This document shows positions 8,862 to 19,325 of a stretch of 64,000 nucleotides of DNA, piece after piece. The first letter of the stretch is position 1, and every line of letters starts with the position of its first letter. The DNA is taken from the sequence record MH992122.1. The stretch is one strand, 5' to 3'. Below the pieces are notes generated by a model that was not told where the DNA came from, did no database searches, and worked only from the letters and a program-made list of their open reading frames with translations. The position numbers and the translations under genes are program-made. The DNA comes from Escherichia phage OLB35.

Positions 8862-10376
8862 ATGACTGACATTAAAGTACATTTTTATGATTTTAGTCAC
8901 GTGCGCATTGAATGCGACGAAAGCGTGTTCTATGAATTACGCGACTTTTTTAGCTTTGAAGCCGATGGGTACAAATTCAACCCGCGTTACAAATATGGGA
9001 ACTGGGATGGTAGAATTCGACTTTTAGATTACAATCGTTTGTTACCATATGGACTTGTAGGACAAATAAAAAAGTTCTGTAACAATATGAGTTATTCTGT
9101 ATGGATTGACCCTAAAATCTTTGAGACCGAAGACCTTACCAGGGAAGATTTTGACGCATGGCTTTCTAAACAAGAAATTTATTCAGGCAACGCCAAAATC
9201 GAACCACATTGGTATCAAAAAGATGCAGTATATGAAGGTCTAGTTAATCGTCGTCGAATTTTAAACCTTCCGACATCAGCAGGTAAATCACTAATCCAAG
9301 CACTTTTAGCTCGATATTATCTAGAGAACTATGAAGGTAAAATTCTCATTATCGTCCCTACAACAGCATTGACAACCCAGATGGCTAATGATTTTGTTGA
9401 TTATCGCTTGTTTAGTCATTCGATGATTAAGAAAATTGGCGGTGGTGCCGATAAAGCGGACAAATCTAAAAACGACGCTCCAATTATTGTTGGCACATGG
9501 CAAACGGTAGTTAAGCAGCCTAAAGAATGGTTCTCTCAGTTCGGTATGATGATGAACGATGAATGCCACTTAGCAACAGGCAAAAGTATTTCTTCAATCA
9601 TCTCAGGATTAAATAATTGTATGTTTAAATTCGGTTTATCCGGCTCATTAAGAGACGGAAAAGCCAATGTAATGCAGTACGTAGGTATGTTCGGCGAAAT
9701 CTTCCGTCCTGTTAGCACGTCTAAATTAATGGAAGACGGACAGGTAACTGAGCTTAAGATTAATAGTATTTTCCTTCGTTATCCGGACGAATTCGCCACT
9801 AAATTAAAAGGTAAAACATACCAAGAAGAAGTTAAAATTATTACCGGACTAAAACGACGTACAAAGTGGATTGCCCAACTTTCAGTCAAATTGGCCAAGA
9901 AAGACGAGAACGCCTTTGTAATGTTTAAACACGTTACACACGGTAAAGAAATATTTGAAGCTATTAAAGAGCTTGGATACGAAAAAGTTTATTACGTATC
10001 AGGTGAAGTTGATACTGAAACACGTAACGCGCTTAAAGTCATGGCAGAAAATGGTAAAGGCATTATTATTGTCGCATCATATGGAGTATTCTCTACTGGT
10101 ATTTCAGTCAAGAATCTTCATCATGTTATTTTTGCCCATGGTGTTAAATCAAAAATTATCGTACTTCAAACAGTAGGTCGTGTGCTTCGTAAGCATGGTT
10201 CTAAAGCTGTTGCTACAGTTTGGGATCTCATCGATGACGCAGGTGTAAAACCTAAATCATTAAATACTAAAAAGAAGTATACTCATCTTAATTACTTGTT
10301 AAAACACGGTATTGATCGTATCCAACGTTACGCTGATGAGAAATTTAACTATGTAATGAAAACAATTAATTTATAA
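8862..10376 (+). CDS. uvsW: UvsW DNA/RNA helicase
   Basis: 504 aa; Walker A LPTSAGKS and DECH box; long identity to remembered T4 UvsW; late promoter upstream. Confidence 0.95.
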   Translation: MTDIKVHFYDFSHVRIECDESVFYELRDFFSFEADGYKFNPRYKYGNWDGRIRLLDYNRLLPYGLVGQIKKFCNNMSYSVWIDPKIFETEDLTREDFDAWLSKQEIYSGNAKIEPHWYQKDAVYEGLVNRRRILNLPTSAGKSLIQALLARYYLENYEGKILIIVPTTALTTQMANDFVDYRLFSHSMIKKIGGGADKADKSKNDAPIIVGTWQTVVKQPKEWFSQFGMMMNDECHLATGKSISSIISGLNNCMFKFGLSGSLRDGKANVMQYVGMFGEIFRPVSTSKLMEDGQVTELKINSIFLRYPDEFATKLKGKTYQEEVKIITGLKRRTKWIAQLSVKLAKKDENAFVMFKHVTHGKEIFEAIKELGYEKVYYVSGEVDTETRNALKVMAENGKGIIIVASYGVFSTGISVKNLHHVIFAHGVKSKIIVLQTVGRVLRKHGSKAVATVWDLIDDAGVKPKSLNTKKKYTHLNYLLKHGIDRIQRYADEKFNYVMKTINL

Positions 10377-10388
10377 GGGCTTCGGCCC
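10377..10388 (+). terminator. short GC hairpin GGGC-UUCG-GCCC between uvsW and uvsW.1 (attenuator-like)
   Basis: Directly after the uvsW stop and before the uvsW.1 RBS; no strong T-run. Confidence 0.4.
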
Positions 10389-10401
10389 TTAGGAGATAAA
10401 A

Positions 10402-10635
10402 ATGGTACTTGAATTTAAACAATTTTTATACGAAGCATCTATTGACGAATTCATGGGTAAAATTGCTAGTTGTCATACCTTAGAAGGGCTTGAAGAATTG
10501 GAAGCTTATTATAAGAAACGTATAAAAGAAACGGAATTAAAAGATACAGACGATATTTCTGTCAGGGATGCCTTAGCAGGTAAGCGTGTCGAACTTGAAG
10601 GCGACAATGATGAGGATGAGGAAGAAGACTTCTAA
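10402..10635 (+). CDS. uvsW.1: UvsW.1 small acidic protein
   Basis: 77 aa ORF directly after uvsW with RBS GGAG; matches T4 arrangement. Confidence 0.7.
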   Translation: MVLEFKQFLYEASIDEFMGKIASCHTLEGLEELEAYYKKRIKETELKDTDDISVRDALAGKRVELEGDNDEDEEEDF

Positions 10636-10693
10636 TTAAAAAAAGGCCCGACCTTTTTGGAAGGGCCAAAAACCATAGGCAAAAAAGGTAACA

Positions 10694-10861
10694 CTATAGT
10701 AAAAGTTGGGTTTCGTTCAATTGCTCTTCTGAACTTTCTGAAACCGGCAATTGTTGTACATAATTATAACAAGGACCAGGATGTGCTGGACCTTTGTCTG
10801 TTTCAACAACCAATGCAGAATCGATTGGAGTTTTACAGACAACACAAATCTTATCTGACAT
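10694..10861 (-). CDS. small Cys-containing protein (55 aa, MSDKICVVCKTPIDS...), T4 uvsY.-2-like by position
   Basis: Below the 60 aa track threshold; hand-translated from reverse strand; RBS GGAGG 6 nt upstream, late promoter TATAAATA upstream; CxxC plus a further Cys. Confidence 0.5.
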   Translation of the reverse strand: MSDKICVVCKTPIDSALVVETDKGPAHPGPCYNYVQQLPVSESSEEQLNETQLLL

Positions 10862-10890
10862 GATTGCCTCCTAAGTTGAAATTACATATC

Positions 10891-10898
10891 TATTTATA
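10891..10898 (-). promoter_or_regulatory. late promoter TATAAATA for the 55 aa Cys-containing ORF
   Basis: Reverse-strand TATAAATA about 30 nt upstream of the ATG at 10861. Confidence 0.55.
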
Positions 10899-11118
10899 CT
10901 ACTCGCATGCACATATCAATACCCATATCTTTTGTATAAAAATACTCGTCGATGTACCCGGCAAACTTCCCTTTAATATAAAGGACGTCTTCACCACAAG
11001 GGTGGTCTGCCAGGATACGAATATCCTGACGTCGTAGACGATACTTTTCCATTAAGAATTTAATTTCTGTTTCAAATTCTTCATCATTATTAAAGGCATC
11101 TTCAATTGAATAACGCAT
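10894..11118 (-). CDS. hypothetical protein (uvsY.-1-like by position)
   Basis: 74 aa ORF immediately downstream of uvsY on the minus strand, start overlaps uvsY stop. Confidence 0.45.
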   Translation of the reverse strand: MRYSIEDAFNNDEEFETEIKFLMEKYRLRRQDIRILADHPCGEDVLYIKGKFAGYIDEYFYTKDMGIDMCMRVV

Positions 11119-11531
11119 TATTGCCCCGCTTCAAATTCTCGCATATCTTGGATATGTTTAAGTGCAAAACTACGAGACTTGACTGCATCAAGTGCACCAC
11201 TACAGAACTCAAGTAAAATTCCCCAGTATTGTAAAGTAGTCTCTATTTTAAGCACATCTTTATCTGCAGCCAGGACAGTTTTCATTTCAGATTTCTCATA
11301 TCGGTCCATACTGAATTCATCACCGTCACCTCGTCCCGAGTAGTAGTCTAATCTTGCTTTTAGAGCAGTTTTCTTCTGAGTCTCTATACGCAACATTTCT
11401 TTACGAATAAATGAGTGTTTACGCAGCCATTTGCTGTATAACTTAACATTATTCGCCGTCTCATATTGCAACTTTGTCGTATCAATAGCTAAGTCTGCGT
11501 CTAACTCTTCCTGTAAATCTTCCAGCTTCAT
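11118..11531 (-). CDS. uvsY: UvsY recombination mediator
   Basis: 137 aa from internal ATG (MKLEDLQEEL...); strong identity to remembered T4 UvsY; the track ORF extends further upstream but a MotA-box middle promoter lies in that extension. Confidence 0.9.
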   Translation of the reverse strand: MKLEDLQEELDADLAIDTTKLQYETANNVKLYSKWLRKHSFIRKEMLRIETQKKTALKARLDYYSGRGDGDEFSMDRYEKSEMKTVLAADKDVLKIETTLQYWGILLEFCSGALDAVKSRSFALKHIQDMREFEAGQ

Positions 11532-11586
11532 AATGTTCTCTCTTTTAACTAATAATCTCCCGGCTGTATCGGAAGGACCTAAAACC

Positions 11587-11611
11587 ATTATACATAGGTT
11601 GCCTTGAAGCA
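11587..11611 (-). promoter_or_regulatory. MotA-dependent middle promoter for uvsY
   Basis: Reverse strand reads aaTGCTTCA (MotA box), 12 nt spacer, TATAAT, about 55 nt upstream of the uvsY ATG. Confidence 0.6.
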
Positions 11612-12010
11612 TTACACTCTATTGCTTGATGCTAACTGAAGTTTGATTTGTTCGATATCATCAGGGTTATCTACGACCGAAAATCTAATCTCTACTATAA
11701 CCGTATAGTCATCATATACTGGCGTTACACTTACAGAAAGTTTGTCGATGCGTGGCTCATAGTTACGGACGGCTGCTTGGATATTACGCTCAATAGTATC
11801 GGCTGTAAGTGGTGTCATGTTCTCGAAAAGTTCATCAACCAAATCGCATCCAAATTCAGGGTCGAAGGGGCGTGAGCCTTTTCTAGTTGTCACTATGCCA
11901 AGAAGACTATTTTTAATAGAACGAAGTCCTACAGAACGAGCAACGTCCTTGTTCCAATCCATACGCATTTCTGGGTCGATATCTGAATAAAGTTTATTGA
12001 TATTAGACAT
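11612..12010 (-). CDS. 25: baseplate wedge protein gp25
   Basis: 132 aa; near-identical to remembered T4 gp25 (..RPFDPEFGCDL..IEQIKLQLASSNRV). Confidence 0.9.
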   Translation of the reverse strand: MSNINKLYSDIDPEMRMDWNKDVARSVGLRSIKNSLLGIVTTRKGSRPFDPEFGCDLVDELFENMTPLTADTIERNIQAAVRNYEPRIDKLSVSVTPVYDDYTVIVEIRFSVVDNPDDIEQIKLQLASSNRV

Positions 12011-12636
12011 TATAGTAACTCAAAGAATTCTTTGAGGCCTCGTATTGTGTGAACGTGTGACGCCCCACATTTGGGACATTTAATAGGGGTTGCCAGATAA
12101 ATTGATGGCGACACCAAAAGATTTTTAATATTGATCATGTCATCTTCTGTTATAAGGCCGTAAAGGTCGTTTATTTCTGCTTCAGTTAAATCTTCAACAG
12201 GGATGGACTCTCCATTGACAAAAACAGCCTCAATACATGAAGCAATCATTAATGCGATATTTTTATCATCAAATAATTTAGGTTGACGGAACTTAATTTT
12301 AATACCGCTGAACGAATACCAGGGATCGGCCTGTTCATCTAATTGAGTGTGCAATAAATTCATATAGACTTGAAATGAATGCCCACAGGAACAATTCCAG
12401 GTGTGTTCTTGATTCACTTCACCTAATGAATGCGCCCAAAGATTTACCAACAATAGCTCGGCTTCTTGTTTAGACAAGTTTTTAGCATTAGAGCAATTAG
12501 TGATAATATTGTTCACTGCTGATTCAATAGTACCAGTAGCCCGAGCACCTATGAGCCCTAAATATTCTTTTAAAGTAAAGGCCCTACAATTCACTTCTTT
12601 ATCACCTAAACGTACGGTAAACGTATATTTGTACAT
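12010..12636 (-). CDS. 26: baseplate hub protein gp26
   Basis: 208 aa, same size and position as T4 gp26; divergent late promoter shared with gene 51. Confidence 0.85.
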   Translation of the reverse strand: MYKYTFTVRLGDKEVNCRAFTLKEYLGLIGARATGTIESAVNNIITNCSNAKNLSKQEAELLLVNLWAHSLGEVNQEHTWNCSCGHSFQVYMNLLHTQLDEQADPWYSFSGIKIKFRQPKLFDDKNIALMIASCIEAVFVNGESIPVEDLTEAEINDLYGLITEDDMINIKNLLVSPSIYLATPIKCPKCGASHVHTIRGLKEFFELL

Positions 12637-12654
12637 GTTAACTCCTTTATTGTG

Positions 12655-12666
12655 TATTTATAAATA
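12655..12666. promoter_or_regulatory. palindromic divergent late promoter TATTTATAAATA serving gene 26 (minus) and gene 51 (plus)
   Basis: 12 nt palindrome containing TATAAATA on both strands, centred in the 47 nt gap between divergent 26 and 51. Confidence 0.65.
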
Positions 12667-12683
12667 ATAGAAAAGGAGTAATT

Positions 12684-13436
12684 ATGGCTAATATAATTCG
12701 TTGTAAATTACCGGATGGTGTTCATCGTTTTAAGCCGTTCACTGTGGCGGATTATAGAGACTTTTTACTAGTTAGAAATGATATCGAACATCGTTCGCCG
12801 CAAGAACAAAAAGAAATAATTGCCGATCTGATTGATGATTATTTTGGCGAGTACCCTAAAACATGGCAACCATTTATATTCCTGCAAGTTTTTGCAGGAT
12901 CTATAGGCAAAACAAAAGTTCCCGTTATTTTCACTTGCCCTAAATGCTCTAAAGAAAAAACTGCACCATTTGAGATATATCAAAAAGAACTAGTCGAACC
13001 TGAACTTGATGTTGCTGGTATAAAAATACGTTTTTCTTTCCCTGAAAAGTTTTATGACAATAAAGCATTAATGATAAGTGAAAACATAAAAGAAATATAT
13101 TATAATGATGAATGGTACCCATGGAATGATTTGACTGAAGAGAACCAAATCCAAGTAATAGAAGCAATAGACATTGACTCTCTCGAGAAGGTTATTGCTT
13201 CTATGAACCCTATTAATTTGACCCTTAGATTAGGTTGTTGTGAACGCCATGTTAAAACATATACTGATATCTTAGAGGTTTTTAAATTGTTAGTTAACCC
13301 TGATGAGATTTTTACATTCTATCAGATAAACCATTCACTAGTAAAGAGTCAATACACATTGGATTCTATTATGCAAATGATTCCTGTTGAACGTGGTATT
13401 GCTTTAACATTAGTAGAAAAGGACCATAAAAAATGA
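12684..13436 (+). CDS. 51: baseplate hub assembly catalyst gp51
   Basis: 250 aa, position between 26 and 27, late promoter upstream. Confidence 0.85.
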   Translation: MANIIRCKLPDGVHRFKPFTVADYRDFLLVRNDIEHRSPQEQKEIIADLIDDYFGEYPKTWQPFIFLQVFAGSIGKTKVPVIFTCPKCSKEKTAPFEIYQKELVEPELDVAGIKIRFSFPEKFYDNKALMISENIKEIYYNDEWYPWNDLTEENQIQVIEAIDIDSLEKVIASMNPINLTLRLGCCERHVKTYTDILEVFKLLVNPDEIFTFYQINHSLVKSQYTLDSIMQMIPVERGIALTLVEKDHKK

Positions 13437-14605
13437 CAGTATTCCAACGTCCAGGATATCCTAACTTAAGCGTTAAATTATATCAAGATTATTCGGCTTG
13501 GCAAGAAAATAGATACGTTGAACTCGCGGCAACAATAACAACTTTAACCATGCGAGATTCACTATATGGAAGAAATGAAGGGATTCTTCAATTTTATGAC
13601 ACTAAAAACATCCACACTAAAATGGATGGTAGACAGATAGTCCAAATCTCTGTTTCAAATTCAAACACACCTCTCCAAGTTAGAACTCGAATTTACGGAT
13701 GTAGACATTATTCTGTGTCTGTGGACTCAAAAGGTGACAATATTATTGCAATTGAGCTTGGAACAATACATTCTATAGAGAACCTTAAATTTGGGCGACC
13801 ATTCTTCCCAGACGCAGGCGAATCTATACGTGAAATGCTAGGTGTCATATACAAAGACCGTACGTTAATTACTCCGCCAATAAACACTATTAATGCTTAT
13901 GTTCCTGATATTCCTTGGACAAGCACATTTGATGATTATTTGGCATATGTCAGAGAATTAGGACTTGCTACAGCGAGTGATAAGTTCGTATTCGTATGGC
14001 AAGATATTTTAGGCGTAAACATGATTGACTATGATACTCTTATTGGTCAGGAAGGCATTAAGATGATTGTAGGTGAGCCAAATACCGTAGGTCAGTATAT
14101 TCAAGAGCTTGAGTATCCATTAGTATGGGATTTTACCTGGATGACTAAAGCCAACCAATTTACAAGAGACCCTATTAAAAACGCCACAATATTCGCCCAT
14201 TCATTTTTAGATACATCTATTCCGGTTATTGTTACAGGTGATGGTGATAATGCTATTCTTGTGTCAAGATCTGGTGGATATTCTGAAATGACCTATCGTA
14301 ATGGATTTGAAGAAGCAAGTCGTCTTCAGACAATGGCTCAATACGACGGTTATGCTAAATGCACTACTACAGGCAATTTTAACATAACGCCTGCTACTAA
14401 AATTATATTTGTTGACCAAAAGAACCAATTCAAATCCGAATTTTACGTGGATGAAGTTATTCATGAGTTATCAAATAACAACTCACAAACTCATCTGTAC
14501 ATGTTTACCAACTCAATGGTGTTAGAACCTGTTAACCCAGTTAAGGTTAAAAATGAACTTAAATCTGATTCTACCTCTAAAGAAAATAATTCTACCACAG
14601 TCTAA
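13433..14605 (+). CDS. 27: baseplate hub protein gp27
   Basis: 390 aa, T4 gp27 size, start overlaps stop of 51. Confidence 0.9.
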   Translation: MTVFQRPGYPNLSVKLYQDYSAWQENRYVELAATITTLTMRDSLYGRNEGILQFYDTKNIHTKMDGRQIVQISVSNSNTPLQVRTRIYGCRHYSVSVDSKGDNIIAIELGTIHSIENLKFGRPFFPDAGESIREMLGVIYKDRTLITPPINTINAYVPDIPWTSTFDDYLAYVRELGLATASDKFVFVWQDILGVNMIDYDTLIGQEGIKMIVGEPNTVGQYIQELEYPLVWDFTWMTKANQFTRDPIKNATIFAHSFLDTSIPVIVTGDGDNAILVSRSGGYSEMTYRNGFEEASRLQTMAQYDGYAKCTTTGNFNITPATKIIFVDQKNQFKSEFYVDEVIHELSNNNSQTHLYMFTNSMVLEPVNPVKVKNELKSDSTSKENNSTTV

Positions 14606-15086
14606 TAAAAAGGTAATGATTCCCAAATTAGGGCTCAAACATTATAATCTTTTAAAGGACGTTAAAGGCCCTGATGAAAACATGAAAATCTTAGCTGATT
14701 CTATTTGTAAAAATATGAGTCCTGCTGATTTTGATTTTGCATGTCTACATATATTGGAATTTAATAACAAACTTAAGTCTGAAGTTGAAAAAGACGGATT
14801 CATATATAAGCTAGATGACGTCTATGTATGCCAACGAACAGAATTCCAATTCCAAGGCAATACTTTTTATTTTAGACCTCCAGGCAAATTTGAACAATTC
14901 GCTACAATCAGTGAAATGTTATCAAATTGCTTAATAAAAGTTAATGACGAAGAGAAAGAAATTTCTTTCCTTGAGATGCCTGCTTTTGTAATCAAATGGG
15001 CAGAAGACCTTTCGACAACTATTGCTATTCCAGGCCCTAATGGTCCTATTAAGGGTATAGCAGAAATTATTGGATTGCTTGAATGA
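14553..15086 (+). CDS. 28: baseplate hub distal protein gp28
   Basis: 177 aa, overlaps 3' end of 27 as in T4. Confidence 0.8.
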   Translation: MNLNLILPLKKIILPQSNKKVMIPKLGLKHYNLLKDVKGPDENMKILADSICKNMSPADFDFACLHILEFNNKLKSEVEKDGFIYKLDDVYVCQRTEFQFQGNTFYFRPPGKFEQFATISEMLSNCLIKVNDEEKEISFLEMPAFVIKWAEDLSTTIAIPGPNGPIKGIAEIIGLLE

Positions 15087-16858
15087 AACCTGAAGAAATG
15101 AAATCCATGCGTAGAAATAAGGTCATTGCCGATAATAAACCACAAAAAGTAGCTGCATCAGCAGCTACCGATTCATTAGAAGCATTGAATGACATTTCAT
15201 CAAAACTAGACGATGTCCAAGCCGCGTCTGAACTCACATCACAAAGTGTAGAAGATAAAGGCAATGGAATTATTGAATCAATTGGAGACTTAAAGAATTC
15301 GACAGATAATACTGCTGAAGGCACAGAGCTTATCGCAGAAGTTATTGAAAAACAAACTGAAGTCACTAAAAGTATAAACGAAGTTTCTAGTGCAATAAGC
15401 TCTAAGTTAGACCGATTAGCTACATTATTAGAGCAAAAATTACAAACATCTACCGCTATTCAAAATACAGGAGGCACCTCTCTTGAAGTAATTGAGAACG
15501 CAATACCTGTTAAAGTGGTTGAGAATGAAACTTCTGATGAGTTGTTTAAAGCATTCCCTACACCTGAAAAGATTGATAATAAGCCAGACGAAGATTTCTT
15601 CCCGGCTCCGGTTCAAGAAAGTGCTAATTCTACTTCTTCTGATTCTAAAGGTGGAATTAGCTTTAAATTGAGCGATAAAATTGCAATGCTCACCAAAACA
15701 GTTCAAACCGGGTTTAATAAATCAATATCAATTTCAGACAGAATTGCTGGAATGCTTTTCAAATACACTATAACGGCTGCTATTGAAGCAGCAAAAATGG
15801 CCGCACTTATTCTTGGTATTGTTATCGGTATTGATTTATTGATAGTCCATTTCAAATATTGGACAGACAAATTCACTTCTGCCTGGGATTTATTTGATGA
15901 AAACTTTACTAAATTCTCCGATGAAGCTAAAGAGTGGGGTAAATTCTTAAGTGATATATTCACTTCTATTGACTCGATAAAACAATTGTGGGAAGCTGGA
16001 GACTGGGGTGGTTTAACCGTTGCTATTGTCAAAGGTGTAGGAACAGCATTAATGAACTTAGGTGAACTAATTCAATTAGGAATGGCTAAACTCTCCGCGT
16101 CTATATTGCGTGCTATAGGTTTTGGTGATACCGCGGACGAAATAGAAGGACGTGCTTTGGAAGGATTCCAAGAAACTACTGGGAACAAATTAAAGAAAGA
16201 AGACCAAGAGAAAGTCGCTAAATATCAAATGAAGCGTGACGATGGGGAATTAGGAACCGTTTCTAAAGGTCTTGATATGTTACAACGCGGCAAAACATTC
16301 GTTACTAACTGGGTTCGTGGTAATGACAATAAAGAAGAGTTTAGTACAAGCGATGAGCGTGCTGCGGAATCAGCAAAATTAAAAGAGCTACCTGAAGAGG
16401 AGCGTAAAGAGGCATATATAAAAGCTAATGAAACTCGTGCGGCACTGGTTAGATTTGAGGATTATATCGATAAAATCGATATGACTAATCCAGAAAATGC
16501 TAAAAACGTCGAGAAGTCTTATGCTGATTTAAGTAAACTTATTAAAGACCCTGAACTTAATAAAACTCCTGTTGTTAAAAAGGAAATAGATGCTAGATTT
16601 GAAAAGCTAAATAATAAAATGGCTGAAGCCAAAAAGGCTCAGACAACAGTTAAGCCTGAATCTTCAACTAAATCTCCGGAAGCAAAACAAGTTCAGTCAA
16701 TAGAGAAAGGACGTGCTTCTGAATCTAAACAACAGCAACCGGTAGCGGCTATTAGTAACACAAATAATGTCGTCAAAAAGAATACCGTAGTCCAGAATAT
16801 GACCCCTGTAACAAGTACAACGGCTCCTGGAATTTTCCATGCCACCGGTGTTAATTAA
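15083..16858 (+). CDS. 29: baseplate hub / tail length determinator gp29
   Basis: 591 aa, T4 gp29 size and position. Confidence 0.9.
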   Translation: MKPEEMKSMRRNKVIADNKPQKVAASAATDSLEALNDISSKLDDVQAASELTSQSVEDKGNGIIESIGDLKNSTDNTAEGTELIAEVIEKQTEVTKSINEVSSAISSKLDRLATLLEQKLQTSTAIQNTGGTSLEVIENAIPVKVVENETSDELFKAFPTPEKIDNKPDEDFFPAPVQESANSTSSDSKGGISFKLSDKIAMLTKTVQTGFNKSISISDRIAGMLFKYTITAAIEAAKMAALILGIVIGIDLLIVHFKYWTDKFTSAWDLFDENFTKFSDEAKEWGKFLSDIFTSIDSIKQLWEAGDWGGLTVAIVKGVGTALMNLGELIQLGMAKLSASILRAIGFGDTADEIEGRALEGFQETTGNKLKKEDQEKVAKYQMKRDDGELGTVSKGLDMLQRGKTFVTNWVRGNDNKEEFSTSDERAAESAKLKELPEEERKEAYIKANETRAALVRFEDYIDKIDMTNPENAKNVEKSYADLSKLIKDPELNKTPVVKKEIDARFEKLNNKMAEAKKAQTTVKPESSTKSPEAKQVQSIEKGRASESKQQQPVAAISNTNNVVKKNTVVQNMTPVTSTTAPGIFHATGVN

Positions 16859-16866
16859 GGATTATT

Positions 16867-17976
16867 ATGATTAGTGTAAAAGAAATAGTAGTAGATGCAA
16901 AGGATTTAAATAAAGCAATCCCAGTCTCAGAAAGTGCTGGGCAAAGCACTAAAACCGAAACAACTACTAAAACTTATGTTGCTCAATTTCCTACAGGAAG
17001 AGCAGCCGGAAATGACTCCACAGGAGACTTCCAGGTAACAGACCTTTATAAGAATGGATTATTATTTACCGCGTACAATATGTCTGCACGCGATTCAGGA
17101 TCCCTCAGGAATTTACGTCCGGCATACGCTGGTACTTCATCTAATGGTATCATATCAGATTTAACTGATAATGTGAAAGATGCAGTGACTAAATTCTCTA
17201 ATGGGTTGCTTCCTGCCGGAGCTAATAAATCTACTATAAATAAAACTCCTGTTGCTAATATACTTTTGCCACGTTCCAAATCTGACGTTGATACAACTTC
17301 ACATCGTTTTAATGATATCGGTGATAGCCTTATTACTAAAGGTGGAGGTACTGCTACAGGTGTTTTAAGTAACATTGCTTCTACTGCAGTTTTTGGTGCA
17401 TTAGATTCTATTACTCAAGGGCTTATGGCTGATAATAACGAGCAGATTTATACGACTTCTCGTAGTATGTATGGTGGTGCCGAGAACCGTACTAAAGTCT
17501 TTACATGGGATTTAACTCCACGTTCAACTGAAGACCTTATGGCTATTATAAACATTTACCAGTATTTTAACTATTTCTCATATGGTGAGACCGGTAAATC
17601 ACAGTACGCCCAAGAGATTAAAAGTTATTTAGACGAATGGTATCGTTCAACGTTTATTGAGCCTATGACGCCAGATGATGCAGTAAAAAATAAGACATTG
17701 TTTGAAAAGATTACTGCGTCATTAACAAATGTATTAGTTGTAAGCAACCCTACAATTTGGATGGTTAAAAACTTTGGTTATACGTCTAAATTTGATGGAT
17801 TAACTGACGTATTTGGCCCGTGTCAAATTCAAAGCGTACGTTTTGATAAAACTCCAAATGGACAATTTAATGGTCTCGCTGTTGCTCCTAACTTACCATC
17901 AACATTTACGTTAGAGATAACAATGCGAGAAATTATTACATTAAACCGTTCTTCACTTTATGCGGGGACTTTCTAA
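16867..17976 (+). CDS. 48: baseplate tail tube cap gp48
   Basis: 369 aa, position after 29. Confidence 0.9.
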   Translation: MISVKEIVVDAKDLNKAIPVSESAGQSTKTETTTKTYVAQFPTGRAAGNDSTGDFQVTDLYKNGLLFTAYNMSARDSGSLRNLRPAYAGTSSNGIISDLTDNVKDAVTKFSNGLLPAGANKSTINKTPVANILLPRSKSDVDTTSHRFNDIGDSLITKGGGTATGVLSNIASTAVFGALDSITQGLMADNNEQIYTTSRSMYGGAENRTKVFTWDLTPRSTEDLMAIINIYQYFNYFSYGETGKSQYAQEIKSYLDEWYRSTFIEPMTPDDAVKNKTLFEKITASLTNVLVVSNPTIWMVKNFGYTSKFDGLTDVFGPCQIQSVRFDKTPNGQFNGLAVAPNLPSTFTLEITMREIITLNRSSLYAGTF

Positions 17977-18938
17977 TGTACTCTTTAGAAGAATTTAATA
18001 ACCAAGCTATAAATGCAGATTTCCAACGAAACAATATGTTTAGTTGTGTATTTGCTACTACGCCATCGACCAAATCGTCTTCACTAATTTCGTCAATTGG
18101 TAGTTTTGCTTATAATAACTTAGGGTTGGATTCCGATTGGCTAGGATTGTCTCAAGGTGATATCAATCAGGGCGTAACAACCCTGATTACAGCAGGAACA
18201 CAGAAATTAATTCGAAAATCAGGTATAAGTAAATATCTGATTGGAGCAATGAGTCAACGTACGGTACAAAGCTTGTTAGGTGAGTTCACAGTAGGAGCTT
18301 ATCTGATAGACTTCTTCAATATGGCATATAATAATACAGGTTTAATGATTTATTCTGTAAAAATGCCTGAGAACCGATTATCTTATGAAACGGATTTCAA
18401 CTATAACTCCCCGAACATCAGAATTACCGGCCGTGAAATGGACCCGTTAGTAATAAGCTTTAGAATGGATTCCGAAGCATCTAACTTTAGAGCAATGCAA
18501 GACTGGGTAAACTCGGTCCAAGACCCTGTAACAGGTCTTCGCGCTTTACCACAAGACGTCGAAGCAGATATTCAGGTTAATTTACATGCACGAAATGGTT
18601 TACCACATACCGCCGTCATGTTCACTGGATGTATTCCTGTTAGTGTCTCTTCTCCTGAGTTAACGTATGATGGTGATAATCAGATAACAGTTTTTGACGT
18701 AACATTTGCTTATCGCGTTATGCAATCAGGTGCTGTAAATAGACAGGCTGCTTTAGAATGGCTGGAATCAGGACTTATTAGTAGTGTTTCAGGAATGTTT
18801 GGAAATAATCAAAATGATTCTGGGCTAGGAAGTGCAGTATCAAGACTTTCTAGATTAGGTGGGACTGCTGGAGGTGTGTCTAATATAAACACATTGACAG
18901 GTGTGGTGAATTCTGCATCAAGAGTTTTAGGTCTATAA
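17976..18938 (+). CDS. 54: baseplate tail tube initiator gp54
   Basis: 320 aa, start overlaps stop of 48; T4 gp54 size. Confidence 0.9.
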   Translation: MYSLEEFNNQAINADFQRNNMFSCVFATTPSTKSSSLISSIGSFAYNNLGLDSDWLGLSQGDINQGVTTLITAGTQKLIRKSGISKYLIGAMSQRTVQSLLGEFTVGAYLIDFFNMAYNNTGLMIYSVKMPENRLSYETDFNYNSPNIRITGREMDPLVISFRMDSEASNFRAMQDWVNSVQDPVTGLRALPQDVEADIQVNLHARNGLPHTAVMFTGCIPVSVSSPELTYDGDNQITVFDVTFAYRVMQSGAVNRQAALEWLESGLISSVSGMFGNNQNDSGLGSAVSRLSRLGGTAGGVSNINTLTGVVNSASRVLGL

Positions 18939-18946
18939 GAAAAAAA

Positions 18947-18963
18947 GGGAGACGTTGTCTCCC
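18947..18963. terminator. bidirectional terminator hairpin between convergent gene 54 and the alt-downstream ORF
   Basis: GGGAGAC-gtt-GTCTCCC with A-run before and T-run after. Confidence 0.7.
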
Positions 18964-18972
18964 TTTAGGGGT

Positions 18973-19266
18973 TTATTTACGGAATGAAAGGAATGCTGGT
19001 GCTCGGAATGGAGTATCATCTTTAGAGTATTTAACTAATACGACCATTGGTACCTCTGTTTCTAAATGACCTGTCAGTACACCGATAAAAATTTGATCAG
19101 TGTGCTCAGGGTCACGAAAGTTTTTAAGAGGTTCCATAGCAATATGGAATGCACCTGGGAATACTCGATTCAATTCGTCAATCACAGCTTCGTTAAAAAC
19201 ATCATCCGCTGGGATAGCATCTTCAACTACTAGTTCTTGACCATTAAAGCGAAGCATAGATTTCAT
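18973..19266 (-). CDS. hypothetical early protein downstream of alt
   Basis: Real start likely the internal ATG (MKSMLRF..) because an early promoter sits inside the longer track ORF. Confidence 0.5.
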   Translation of the reverse strand: MKSMLRFNGQELVVEDAIPADDVFNEAVIDELNRVFPGAFHIAMEPLKNFRDPEHTDQIFIGVLTGHLETEVPMVVLVKYSKDDTPFRAPAFLSFRK

Positions 19267-19295
19267 AACGTTTTCCTCATGTTGTTGATGGGATG

Positions 19296-19325
19296 ATAGT
19301 ATCACACATCCATGTGCTTGTAAAC
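19296..19325 (-). promoter_or_regulatory. T4-type early promoter at the 3' end of alt
   Basis: Reverse strand GTTTAC, 18 nt, TACTAT, driving the downstream small ORF. Confidence 0.5.

Noticed and set aside
10657-10863. 68 aa plus-strand track ORF between uvsW.1 and uvsY
   Set aside because: No RBS or promoter; exactly antisense to a minus-strand 55 aa ORF that has RBS and late promoter; composition not protein-like
11532-11612. N-terminal extension of uvsY in the track ORF (164 aa)
   Set aside because: The extension contains the MotA-box middle promoter; the T4-like UvsY start (MKLEDLQEEL) is the internal ATG
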